A DNA stretch of 22,193 nt from a candidate division WOR-3 bacterium (GTDB taxonomy: Bacteria > Hydrothermota > Tepidihabitantia > SM23-42 > JAOAFX01). A program made the translations under genes and the position numbers. Below the pieces are notes generated by a model. That model saw only the letters and a program-made list of their open reading frames with translations. It was not told the origin of the DNA and made no database searches. Each line of letters starts with the position of its first letter. Position 1 is the stretch's first letter. The stretch spans positions 1 to 22,193 of the forward strand of contig JBDRWI010000039.1 in assembly GCA_039802265.1 (NCBI GenBank). The letters run 5' to 3'. Positions 1 to 8,183 of the stretch are shown here, piece by piece.

Positions 1-442
1 TTGGTCTCACACTCTCAAATTTCCAGGAGGTATCTCGTTCAAGACGCATCCCTGTAAGGGATTGGATCTTATCTTTTTTGAGTGTAGCAGTGAATTCGGT
101 TGCAGGTTGCAAGGTATCAGAAGGTATAAATGCCAAAGTCCTTGAACCGAGCCAGCGATACTTACCTTTTATGGGTGGATCAAACTCAAGCGGTCCTGAA
201 GTCTCTTCTCTGGGTATTGCCTGAACCGGAGTCATTGCCTGATTGAATCCGACAAGAATTTTAAAGGTCTCAAGTTGTCCCTCAACCGAGCCGACAGGTG
301 AGATATGGGTAACCTTCAATGGGATCTTTTCACCCTCAAGAATCTGCTGGGTGGTGATATCAATACCCCTTTTTTCTTTTCTTGGGCACGATACACATAT
401 AATAATTAAAAAAATGATCGGAATAATAAAAAATCTTTTCAT
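1..442 (-). CDS. 5' part of a lipoprotein with an Ig-like (Big_5-type) domain, probably bacterial alpha-2-macroglobulin family; runs off the left edge
   Basis: Absent from the ORF track; manual translation from ATG at 442: MKRFFIIPIIFLIICVSC PRKEKRG...LKVTHISPVG...ILVGFNQAM...LEFDPPIKGKYRWLGSRTLAFIPSDTLQPATEFTATL...WKFESVRP, open to the edge. Lipobox-like Cys18, SD AAGGGGG upstream, and an FNQxM...GxxxW...LxFxP...L pattern typical of Big_5 domains at A2M N-termini. Confidence 0.75.
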   Translation of the reverse strand, partial: MKRFFIIPIIFLIIICVSCPRKEKRGIDITTQQILEGEKIPLKVTHISPVGSVEGQLETFKILVGFNQAMTPVQAIPREETSGPLEFDPPIKGKYRWLGSRTLAFIPSDTLQPATEFTATLKKDKIQSLTGMRLERDTSWKFESVRP

Positions 443-474
443 CTAACCCCCTTTCAATTTTTATCAGGCTTAAT

Positions 475-502
475 AGTTTATTCAGATTTTAGATAAAATC
501 AA
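475..502 (-). promoter_or_regulatory. sigma70-type promoter for the lipoprotein gene
   Basis: Minus strand TTGATT (502-497), 16 nt, TAAACT (480-475); same spacing as the other promoters in the window. Confidence 0.5.
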
Positions 503-515
503 TAGTAGCAAGATA

Positions 516-714
516 TTCAGGGGGATACCCCCTGAAAACCCCCGCTATATAGCAAACCGTCTCTTTGTGCGGAGACCATTTTCATATCATCCTCCCCTGA
601 ATATCTTGAGGTATAAGAATTTGGAAAATTTCAAGGAACCCTCACCTTCATCCTCTCCCTTTTTAAGGGAGAGGGCAAGGGTGAGGGTTGGGGTTTCAGG
701 GGCTTTAGCCCTGA
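516..714. repeat. cluster of GC-rich REP/MITE-like hairpins
   Basis: TTCAGGGGG-ATA-CCCCCTGAA (516-536); AACCCTCACC..CCTCTCCCTT-TTT-AAGGGAGAGG..GGTGAGGGTT (637-689); GGGGTTTCAGGGGCTTTAGCCCTGA (690-714), which resembles the reverse complement of 516-543. Confidence 0.65.
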
Positions 715-747
715 TGATGTTCACTATAATGAAAAATTTCATTACCA

Positions 748-778
748 TTGTATAGGAATTTTTCAAATTCCTATACAA
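748..778. repeat. perfect 14-bp inverted repeat; best copy of a dispersed intergenic motif
   Basis: TTGTATAGGAATTT-TTC-AAATTCCTATACAA; degenerate copies at 611-632, 8001-8031 and 8506-8527. Confidence 0.75.
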
Positions 779-823
779 AAATATAAGTATTTGATACCAG
801 AAAAATCGGTTGGCGTTTTGCGT

Positions 824-928
824 TTACAAAAAGCGTTTTGCAGGCACAAAATCACAGGTCGGTCATTTTACTACATTGCCACTTTTACAATGCAATACAA
901 CTCGATTTGTTTCAGTTTTCTGTTCCAT
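824..928 (-). pseudogene. probable remnant of a small conserved hypothetical gene (DUF6982-like N-terminus)
   Basis: Reads MEQKTETNRVVLHCKSGNVVK*PTCDFVPAKRFL*; resembles a KVVVxxxxGxxxKGxTxDFxP motif recalled from memory, with TGA (865-863) at the Gly position. Confidence 0.3.
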
Positions 929-958
929 AATTAAAATATATTTGGATTTTTACTAAAG

Positions 959-1456
959 TCAAGGACGAAGATGCAGAATTCTTTCCCACAAATTTCTGAA
1001 AAATTCAATTGCCACTGGGTCCCTTATTTTTGGTGACCATATATACTTAGCGAAACCAAATTGACATAAAGCATACCAGCCAAATGCAAACTGTCCTATC
1101 ACAATATAACCAGTGGCAAATTGACCGAGACCAAAAAGAATGCCCATCGCAAACTGGGCAATTGTCGCGATACCAAACATAAATTGTCCAACGCCAAAAA
1201 GAATGCCAATACCGAATTGAGCTATTGTAATCAAACCAATAGCAAACTGTCCAATTGCAATAATTCCTTTTGCAACTCTTAGTTTACCATTTTCATCTCT
1301 GCCCGTTGCAATATGAATCAAAGGAATACCCAGAATTTCAAAATCTGATTTCCATTCAAACCCCGTGCCCTGACCGCTGAACAAAGACCTACCGCAAAAG
1401 GGGCAAAAAGAGACCCCTTCCTTTATTTCTCTATGACAATTCTGGCATTTAACCAT
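959..1456 (-). CDS. zinc-ribbon protein with hydrophobic Gly-rich (G/A)QFxxG repeats, hypothetical
   Basis: CQNC-x10-CPFC zinc ribbon at the N-terminus, then EWKS..LGIPLIHIA..AKGIIAIGQFAIG and seven QF-containing repeats. Start moved to ATG 1456 because the ORF-track extension lies over the promoter. Confidence 0.8.
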   Translation of the reverse strand: MVKCQNCHREIKEGVSFCPFCGRSLFSGQGTGFEWKSDFEILGIPLIHIATGRDENGKLRVAKGIIAIGQFAIGLITIAQFGIGILFGVGQFMFGIATIAQFAMGILFGLGQFATGYIVIGQFAFGWYALCQFGFAKYIWSPKIRDPVAIEFFRNLWERILHLRP

Positions 1457-1469
1457 GGCGCTGGACTTA

Positions 1470-1497
1470 ATTATATTTTGAAAAATGAATGTGTCAA
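1470..1497 (-). promoter_or_regulatory. sigma70-type promoter (perfect consensus hexamers)
   Basis: TTGACA (1497-1492), 16 nt, TATAAT (1475-1470); 13 nt to ATG 1456. Confidence 0.8.
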
Positions 1498-1652
1498 GCA
1501 AAATATCTTTAAGTACTGATGGAAAAGAGTGAAAAAAAAAGCAACAATACAGTTGGGTATTTATGTTAAATGTCTAATCAAGAGAATTTTAGTTTTAAGG
1601 CATTATATCTTCTCGAGTTCCCATCTTTTGGAGAAGAACCTAAAAAGCACCC

Positions 1653-1680
1653 TTGACTTAAGGCATATTTTCCATATAAT
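1653..1680 (+). promoter_or_regulatory. sigma70-type promoter, probably producing a leaderless mRNA
   Basis: TTGACT (1653-1658), 16 nt, TATAAT (1675-1680); ATG at 1687 is 6 nt downstream with no SD. Confidence 0.8.
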
Positions 1681-1686
1681 TAACTT

Positions 1687-4293
1687 ATGAAGATAATTAT
1701 AGAGAAACTAAAACAAAATTTACATTCGGGTTGGGTTATTGCCAACCACATCCTTGTCTCCTTCCATGTTGCATTTATTTCATCCATTTTGTGCATTTCC
1801 AAAGATTTACAAGGGAAGGAAGTATTGGGATTTGTCTTTACAAGTGTTGATACAATAATCTCAGCAATCTTCTGGTTTATAAGCTTCCATACCGGGATTG
1901 CCATCCACGAGATGGGGCATTACCTAAGGGCAGTGAAACTCAATGCCCTGAATGAAAATATTTTACCCGCTGCCCAGAAAAGATACAAAAGCTCAGGCCT
2001 TAGTAAACTATTATGGTATATAGAAATGTTCATCAAAATTCCCTATGGAAAATTCACGGGAGTAAAGAAAGAAGGATTGACATATTATCCAGAAGCCCCA
2101 TTCAATCTAAGCGTTGCGGCCGCCGGTCCTGAAATCAGTGGTAATATGGCACTCGTGATATTGCCCGTCGCTGTGATTCTTCTGGCAATTGGACTTATTG
2201 GTGACCGCTTAATATTCACATATATAGGCAGATTATGCCTTGGTATTGGAACTGTGGGACTGCTTGACTTTCTCCTCGCTGACCCGGGTAAATATCGTGA
2301 ATTTAAAGAACGGGAAACAAAGGCGAAACAGAAGGCGGAAAAGATAGAAATATCAAGAACCGGCTGGTTAGAAAAAGCAAAGGCAGTAAAGCGAATGATG
2401 ATGGAAAAAAGAATTCAAACAATCCATCTAAAGGATGGCGAAATTGTGAGTGCACCATGGCAATTCAGAAATTGTGGTATGGGTGGCAGGCATACTGAAA
2501 AAGAATATCCGGAAAGTAATATCAGTATGCAGGAAATGATGTTTTTGCCATTATGTGCAAAGAATTATGAAGAGGCGCAGATGATCACCGTTGCCCTTCA
2601 GACCCGTCTAAAAGAGATAATAGAAAAGTCCGAAGGTGCTCGGGTGATGGGAATCGGCCTCGAAGGTGGTCTGGCACCTTATATTGCGAAAGAACCTGGG
2701 GATATTGTTCCTGAGCAGAGGCTCTGGCGGATGGCAATTCAGGCAATAAAGGATATCGGTTATCGTCCTGGTGAGGATATTGCCCTTGCATTCGACCCGG
2801 CTTTAAGCGAATTGAGTAATGCCTACCGAGAGGAATTCAATCAACCGGATGCCGTGGGCATGTATTATTTCTGGAGAAGCGAAGAAAAGGTAGTTATGTC
2901 GCGTGACCAATTAATTGAATTGTATAAAAAAGCAGTTGATGAACATCCAATTTTCTCACTTGAGGATGCCTTCGCCGAAGACGATTACGAAGGCTGGCGC
3001 CTATTAATGAAAGAATTAGGGAACAACTTATTTATTATCGGTGATGACATTGTAACCACGAAGGATTCCACGATCGAAAAATGCGCCGATGAGGGTTTGA
3101 TGAATGTCTCTCTCATAAAGGCAAATCAAATAGGTACCCTGTCCGAAACTTTAATCGCAATGCTTGTTGCCTTAGGCAAAGGTATGGATTTACTCGTCTC
3201 CCATCGTTCCAAATCGCCAAATGACGATATGGAGGCACAGATTGCCCTTTCGGCAAATACAATGGGATTAAAAGCCGGAGGCGGTGCTAATACTGAAAGG
3301 CTATTTAAGTATGGTTCAATTACAAAGATAATGAAAGACCTTGAAAAAAGCACCCAACTTGAATATGAGAAAAAAGATTTCAGCGCAATTAAAGAGTTAT
3401 TTAATAATTTGTTCATCACGGATGTCATTGCCTATGAGGAACCGACCAATGCCGGTATTCCCACCGTTGGAGTCGATATTTATGTGGGGATACCCGGCAG
3501 TGAGGAGTATCGCAAAATTCTTAAATTCAGCGGTTCTACTCCATTGGGAACATCGGCTGGAACTGGCGAGGCGATCCACCTTATTGACAGCACAATTGAA
3601 AAAACATCGGTGGTGGAAAAGTACCCTGAACTGTTTACACTCCAGCCCGATAAAACATATAAATTTAAAAAGGGCATAATAGAATCAGAATTAAAGGCGA
3701 AGAATGAACCGGAACTCCTCAAACTATGGTATCGAGTTCAAAGATATGAAGGAAAGGGCTGTCAGAATGCAGTGGAAAATGTTACAAATATCATTGCCAA
3801 AGAATTTATTGGTCAAAAAATTTCTGAATTTAAATCCATTGCCCAGATTGACCGTAAATTATTGATGCTGGAAAAAGGACTGGCAATCAGTCGTGGGAAA
3901 CTTGCTCCGAATGCCTCAATAGAAGAACAGATTGAAATAATGCAGAGGAAGGGCAATTTGGGTATGAATGCAATCCTATCTATGTCTCTTGCCCTGGGAA
4001 GAATGCTTGCTCACCTTCAGGGTAAGGATTTGTGGCAACTTCTCCGTGAAGAGATGAAGATTACTATCGCCAAGGTGCTTGAGGCAAACAATGCTATTGA
4101 ATTGCTGGAACCATTCGTGTCCAGAGATTTATTTAATAAACTAAAATCGGTTCCCAAGGGATACTGGCAACTCCTTGTTCAAATACCATTTTCAGAACTC
4201 GTTAAGTGTCTACAGGCATTAGAGAAAAAACTGAGAGCCGAGAATAAAAAACTATATCAAACATTGCGCAATCAAAATCCAATCTATTTTTGA
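1687..4293 (+). CDS. M50/site-2-protease-like membrane domain fused to a circularly permuted enolase-like protein
   Basis: aa 1-200: about 4 hydrophobic segments, HEMGH (74-78), VAAAGP, LADPG. aa ~256-553: enolase barrel motifs GGRH, QEMM, GLEGG, AFD, SLED, GDD, LIKANQIGTLSET, VSHRS, GLKAG, ERLFKY. aa ~576-786: enolase N-domain motifs GIPTV, PLGTSAGTGEA, RYEGKG..AVENV, IDRKL, KGNLGMNAILSMSLA. Confidence 0.9.
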   Translation: MKIIIEKLKQNLHSGWVIANHILVSFHVAFISSILCISKDLQGKEVLGFVFTSVDTIISAIFWFISFHTGIAIHEMGHYLRAVKLNALNENILPAAQKRYKSSGLSKLLWYIEMFIKIPYGKFTGVKKEGLTYYPEAPFNLSVAAAGPEISGNMALVILPVAVILLAIGLIGDRLIFTYIGRLCLGIGTVGLLDFLLADPGKYREFKERETKAKQKAEKIEISRTGWLEKAKAVKRMMMEKRIQTIHLKDGEIVSAPWQFRNCGMGGRHTEKEYPESNISMQEMMFLPLCAKNYEEAQMITVALQTRLKEIIEKSEGARVMGIGLEGGLAPYIAKEPGDIVPEQRLWRMAIQAIKDIGYRPGEDIALAFDPALSELSNAYREEFNQPDAVGMYYFWRSEEKVVMSRDQLIELYKKAVDEHPIFSLEDAFAEDDYEGWRLLMKELGNNLFIIGDDIVTTKDSTIEKCADEGLMNVSLIKANQIGTLSETLIAMLVALGKGMDLLVSHRSKSPNDDMEAQIALSANTMGLKAGGGANTERLFKYGSITKIMKDLEKSTQLEYEKKDFSAIKELFNNLFITDVIAYEEPTNAGIPTVGVDIYVGIPGSEEYRKILKFSGSTPLGTSAGTGEAIHLIDSTIEKTSVVEKYPELFTLQPDKTYKFKKGIIESELKAKNEPELLKLWYRVQRYEGKGCQNAVENVTNIIAKEFIGQKISEFKSIAQIDRKLLMLEKGLAISRGKLAPNASIEEQIEIMQRKGNLGMNAILSMSLALGRMLAHLQGKDLWQLLREEMKITIAKVLEANNAIELLEPFVSRDLFNKLKSVPKGYWQLLVQIPFSELVKCLQALEKKLRAENKKLYQTLRNQNPIYF

Positions 4294-4335
4294 AATAGAC
4301 TGCTGACCGTAGGCTAATATATATCAAGCCCGATT

Positions 4336-6042
4336 ATGAAACAGAATTTTAAGACCTTCTGGGATATTGAGCGGGAAAAGACGCACAATATCTTCTTGTT
4401 ATTTCTCTTTCTCATCCTCCAATACTTTTTCACTTTTTTTGTGATTACCCTTTTCTTTAAACTTTTGCTTTTTTTTATGAAATCTCTTGGGAATTCCCAT
4501 TTGAGATTTCATATATTCGGCCCTGATACATTAATTGTCTTCAGTGTGGCAATTATTGCTGCATTGATTCACTGGTATTTTTCTAATAAAAATATGATAA
4601 ATAACATTCTGAAATTGCTTGGTGCAATGCCGCCTGATAAAAAGGATAAATACCATCATTTCTTTGAAAATGTGGTAGATGAAATAAGTGCTGCAGCTGG
4701 TGGTATAATAGTGGAGAAATATATTATACCAACTGGAGCAATGAATGCATTTGCTATTGCGGATTTAAAGGGCAGACGGGTTGTTGGTGTAACCGAAGGT
4801 TTGCTTTCGCGATTAAGCCGAGAGGAACTACAGGCGGTTGTCGCCCACGAAATGACACATATTGCCAGTGGTGATTGTGTGATGACAACTATTGCCAGTT
4901 CGCTCTTTGGCGTTTTCAGTGAAATTATAGAGCATTTTAATCAGATATTAACAAAGAGAAGGACAAAAGACGAGGAAGAAGGATTCATTTTTGATATCAG
5001 CAGTAGTGAAAAACAGGCATTAGCATTACAGTCATTGACATATCTACCCATTGCCCTTCCAGCTTTTATTATATTATTTTTTAGCAATATAATGGGACAA
5101 ATCCTCAATATGTTCATTTCGCGGGAGAGGGAATATCGGGCCGATGCTGGAGCAATAAAATATACAAGAAATCCACTTAGCCTTGCTACTGCCTTATACA
5201 AAATTGCCACACACTGGCGGGGCACAGCCGGGCATCTATCGCCAATATTTATCCTGAGTCCCCAGTTTAACCCGCTTGAAGACCGTGAGGATTTCTTTGC
5301 CAATCTATTCTCCACCCATCCACCAATTACAAGAAGACTGCAGATAATCCTGGACATTGCCCATGCCGACATCAATCAAATTTACGAACAAATCAGTAGC
5401 CGGAAAATTGGAAAAGAAGCCGAAGTTAAAAAAACTGAGCCAGTATTTTTTGTAGAATTTAACGATAAATGGTCTGGACCATATACAATTTTACAACTTC
5501 AGACCCTTGATGGGTTATCACCCCAAACCAGAATACGCCTGGCGGAAAGCGATGAGATAATATTAGCAGACTCAATTCCTGCCCTCAATCATTTCTTTAA
5601 GGTAAGGGATGAACCGATATGGAAAATCAGACGCCTCTGCCCTATTTGCCGTCAGTGGTTGATTGTCCAAGCGTATGAAGGACTTTATCTATGGCGGTGT
5701 GCATATTGCGATGGGATTTTAGTAGAAAGAGATAAACTTCCCCGTATATTTGTGCGGGGAGAAAAAGGTTTCAATGAGCAAATCCAGAAAACTGCAAAAC
5801 TTTTGCATACTGAAGCAAAGAAAAAGCAGAGGGTATTTAGGCTCCTCGTTGAGACAGCCCATCCGTATAAATGTCCAAAATGCGGTAACTCAATGATAAA
5901 AAGATTATATAGTTATGCTTACCACATTGAAATTGATGAATGTCCGAAATGTAATTTAATCTGGTTTGATAAGGATGAACTGGAAATTTTACAGTGTTTG
6001 ATTGAACTGGAAGAAAAAAATGAAAGAAGAAGAAATCATTAA
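4336..6042 (+). CDS. HtpX-like M48 zinc metalloprotease with C-terminal GYF-like segment and two zinc ribbons
   Basis: N-terminal TM helices, MNAFA, VTEGLL, ELQAVVAHEMTH (HExxH at 171-175), SREREYRADA, LATALYKI, LFSTHPP..RL; then WSGPY, CPIC..CAYC and CPKC..CPKC..IWFDKDEL (TFIIB-type zinc ribbon pattern). Confidence 0.88.
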   Translation: MKQNFKTFWDIEREKTHNIFLLFLFLILQYFFTFFVITLFFKLLLFFMKSLGNSHLRFHIFGPDTLIVFSVAIIAALIHWYFSNKNMINNILKLLGAMPPDKKDKYHHFFENVVDEISAAAGGIIVEKYIIPTGAMNAFAIADLKGRRVVGVTEGLLSRLSREELQAVVAHEMTHIASGDCVMTTIASSLFGVFSEIIEHFNQILTKRRTKDEEEGFIFDISSSEKQALALQSLTYLPIALPAFIILFFSNIMGQILNMFISREREYRADAGAIKYTRNPLSLATALYKIATHWRGTAGHLSPIFILSPQFNPLEDREDFFANLFSTHPPITRRLQIILDIAHADINQIYEQISSRKIGKEAEVKKTEPVFFVEFNDKWSGPYTILQLQTLDGLSPQTRIRLAESDEIILADSIPALNHFFKVRDEPIWKIRRLCPICRQWLIVQAYEGLYLWRCAYCDGILVERDKLPRIFVRGEKGFNEQIQKTAKLLHTEAKKKQRVFRLLVETAHPYKCPKCGNSMIKRLYSYAYHIEIDECPKCNLIWFDKDELEILQCLIELEEKNERRRNH

Positions 6043-6649
6043 GGGTTTAAAAAGGCATTTTCCCGAACCCAGGATTGAGCTCAATTATAAAAATGCTTAT
6101 GAATTGCTGATTGTAGTATTGCTTTCGGCCCAGACTACTGATAAAAAGGTAAATGAGGTTTCGCCCATACTCTTTTCAAAATACCCAACGCCCAAGGCGT
6201 TGGCTGAGGCAGAACTTAAGGATTTATATAAGGTTTTAAAGCCATTAGGATTTTACCGCCGGAAGGCGATGCTTATAAAAAAGTGCGCCACCGCCATTGT
6301 AGAAAAATATTTCAATACTATTCCTGATACAATTGAAGAACTTATCAAACTACCGGGGGTAGGAAGAAAGACTGCCTCGGCGGTTCTGGTGAATGCATTC
6401 AAAAAGCCCGCAATTGTTGTTGATACCCATGTCATCAGAGTCACCACCGAGCGTTTGAAACTATCTAAATCAAAAAAACCCGAAAAAATTGAGGAGGCTT
6501 TATCAAAATTTTTTGCCCGTGAGAACTGGTGTTTCATCTCTAATGGGCTGGTCTTATTTGGTAGATATATATGCACCGCGAAAAATCCGAAGTGTAGTGA
6601 ATGCGCCCTCCTTGAAGTATGCCCTTATGAACATAAAAACATTAAATGA
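6020..6649 (+). CDS. nth: endonuclease III (HhH-GPD DNA glycosylase/AP lyase)
   Basis: LLSAQTTD, HhH motif LPGVGRKTA, VDTHV, and 4Fe-4S motif CTAKNPKCSECALLEVC. ATG 6020 preferred over TTG 6002; overlaps the upstream gene end. Confidence 0.95.
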   Translation: MKEEEIIKGLKRHFPEPRIELNYKNAYELLIVVLLSAQTTDKKVNEVSPILFSKYPTPKALAEAELKDLYKVLKPLGFYRRKAMLIKKCATAIVEKYFNTIPDTIEELIKLPGVGRKTASAVLVNAFKKPAIVVDTHVIRVTTERLKLSKSKKPEKIEEALSKFFARENWCFISNGLVLFGRYICTAKNPKCSECALLEVCPYEHKNIK

Positions 6650-6669
6650 ACCGCGTCGAATAAAATGTA

Positions 6670-7953
6670 ATGAAAAAACTGGCAAAAAATTTTTTGTATT
6701 TATTTTTGAGTGATGCAGTAAGCCATCTTTTGGGCTTTATCGCAACTGTCTATATTGCAAGGATTTTAGGTATTGCTGGTTTCGGTAAAATAAGTTATGG
6801 CTTAACATTTTTGACCTACGCCTTGCTCTTTGGTAATCTCGGACTGACTACAATCGGGGCGCGGGAGGTTGCAAAGAATGGCAATAATTTAAAGATAATT
6901 TCGGAAATCTTAGGATTGCGTTTTTTTTTAGCCCTGATTATATTTACCTGTTTAATTGCCGGCATACTAATAATTCCGGGAGATGAACTCAGCAAAAAAA
7001 TTATTTTTTTTTATTCCCTGACTCTTTTTCCTTTTGCGGTGCTATTAGAATTTGTATTCCAAGGGCGGGAGGAAATGGAATATATCGGTCTTGGGCGTCT
7101 TATTCAATACAGTGTGTATGTTGGTCTGCTTTTTCTTCTAATTAAAAATAAAGAAAAGATTCTTTTAATTCCGTTTGCTTACTTTATAAGTTATCTTGTC
7201 GTCTCTGTATTTATGATGATTGTTTTTTTGAATAAATATCAAGAGGTCAGGTTGAGATTCAACTTGAGGGCATTTTCTGTTTTAATCATTACTGCCCTGC
7301 CAGTAGGACTTGCCACTCTTACTTATCAAATGGCAATGAACTTTGCCCCTCTGATTTTAGGAATATTTCACCATGATGTTGACGTTGGTTATTTTAGTGC
7401 CGGTTATAAGATAGTTGTTTTTATGTTAATCCTTGAAAGGGTTGCCTATTATCTATTCTTTCCAGTTTTATCCCGCAAATCGGCAGAGACACCGCATAAA
7501 TTACCCGAGACCTTTGTCGCATTTACCCAATTACTTCTTTTGATAACTGTCCCCATAACCATTATTGTATTAATAATCGCCCCCATTCTTATAAGGGTCA
7601 TCTATGGCGCAGGGTATGAACCGTCGGTCGGAATTTTCAGACTACTCTCTTTGTACTTTATGATTGCGCCAATAAACACCATCTGGGGATACGGACTTGT
7701 GGCCCTTCATCAGGAAAGGGAATTTTTCAAGGTAATAGGAATTATATCAATAATCAACTTTATTTTGACATCCATTCTGGGCATTACTTTTAAGGGAATC
7801 GGTGTGGGACTGGCAATATTCTTAAGTGAAGTCGCTGGTCTATTTCTAATGAAGAGTTACCTTGGGCGATATGTCAAATTCAATATCGGACAAAAGATCA
7901 ACAGGGCAGTATTGAGGGAAATATTAATTTTAAAAGAGCCTTCCCAAAGATGA
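6670..7953 (+). CDS. Wzx-type oligosaccharide flippase (MOP superfamily)
   Basis: KNFLYL..IARILG..GFG, LGLTTIGAREVA, FQGREEM, VGYFSAGYKI, FFPVLSR, IYGAGY; about 12 hydrophobic segments. Confidence 0.9.
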   Translation: MKKLAKNFLYLFLSDAVSHLLGFIATVYIARILGIAGFGKISYGLTFLTYALLFGNLGLTTIGAREVAKNGNNLKIISEILGLRFFLALIIFTCLIAGILIIPGDELSKKIIFFYSLTLFPFAVLLEFVFQGREEMEYIGLGRLIQYSVYVGLLFLLIKNKEKILLIPFAYFISYLVVSVFMMIVFLNKYQEVRLRFNLRAFSVLIITALPVGLATLTYQMAMNFAPLILGIFHHDVDVGYFSAGYKIVVFMLILERVAYYLFFPVLSRKSAETPHKLPETFVAFTQLLLLITVPITIIVLIIAPILIRVIYGAGYEPSVGIFRLLSLYFMIAPINTIWGYGLVALHQEREFFKVIGIISIINFILTSILGITFKGIGVGLAIFLSEVAGLFLMKSYLGRYVKFNIGQKINRAVLREILILKEPSQR

Positions 7954-8183
7954 GAGAGCGCCATCACGAAGATATCAATTCCCACAGAAAATCCCCGTTA
8001 TACTAGAAAAATTTGAAAAATTCCTGTACGATAAGATGGCGGTGTCGCATTCGGTAATTCTTTATCAATACCTCTTATCTATTTGTAAGGTCAAATGTAT
8101 CCATTTGGCTATATTTCTTCAGATTTTCTCACTGGAACGGTGTTACTCATTTTTGGTGTAGCAGTCCCATTACTCCTTTGGAC

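Noticed and set aside
243..446. 67-aa plus-strand ORF
   Set aside because: Antisense shadow of the minus-strand lipoprotein gene starting at 442.
485..778. CRISPR array or attC cassette array
   Set aside because: The palindromes differ from one another and are not regularly spaced; no cas or integrase gene is present.
567..778. ORFs 567-755 (+) and 587-778 (-)
   Set aside because: They are translations of the hairpin repeat (PSPSSSP..RERARVRV, LTLALSL..GE.EG) with no SD or promoter support.
863..865. TGA recoded as Gly, Trp or Sec
   Set aside because: TGA terminates clear genes here (4293, 6649, 7953, 8442), the long genes are intact under code 11, and the frame stops again 13 codons later.
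1532..1540. A9 tract and other A/T homopolymers as phase-variation sites
   Set aside because: Expected in AT-rich DNA; this tract is outside promoter spacers and no associated frameshifts were seen.
1687..4293. Annotating this gene as ordinary eno, or as a frameshift-fused artefact
   Set aside because: Domain order is reversed and it carries a membrane domain; it is one uninterrupted frame with ordered linkers, so no gene symbol was assigned.
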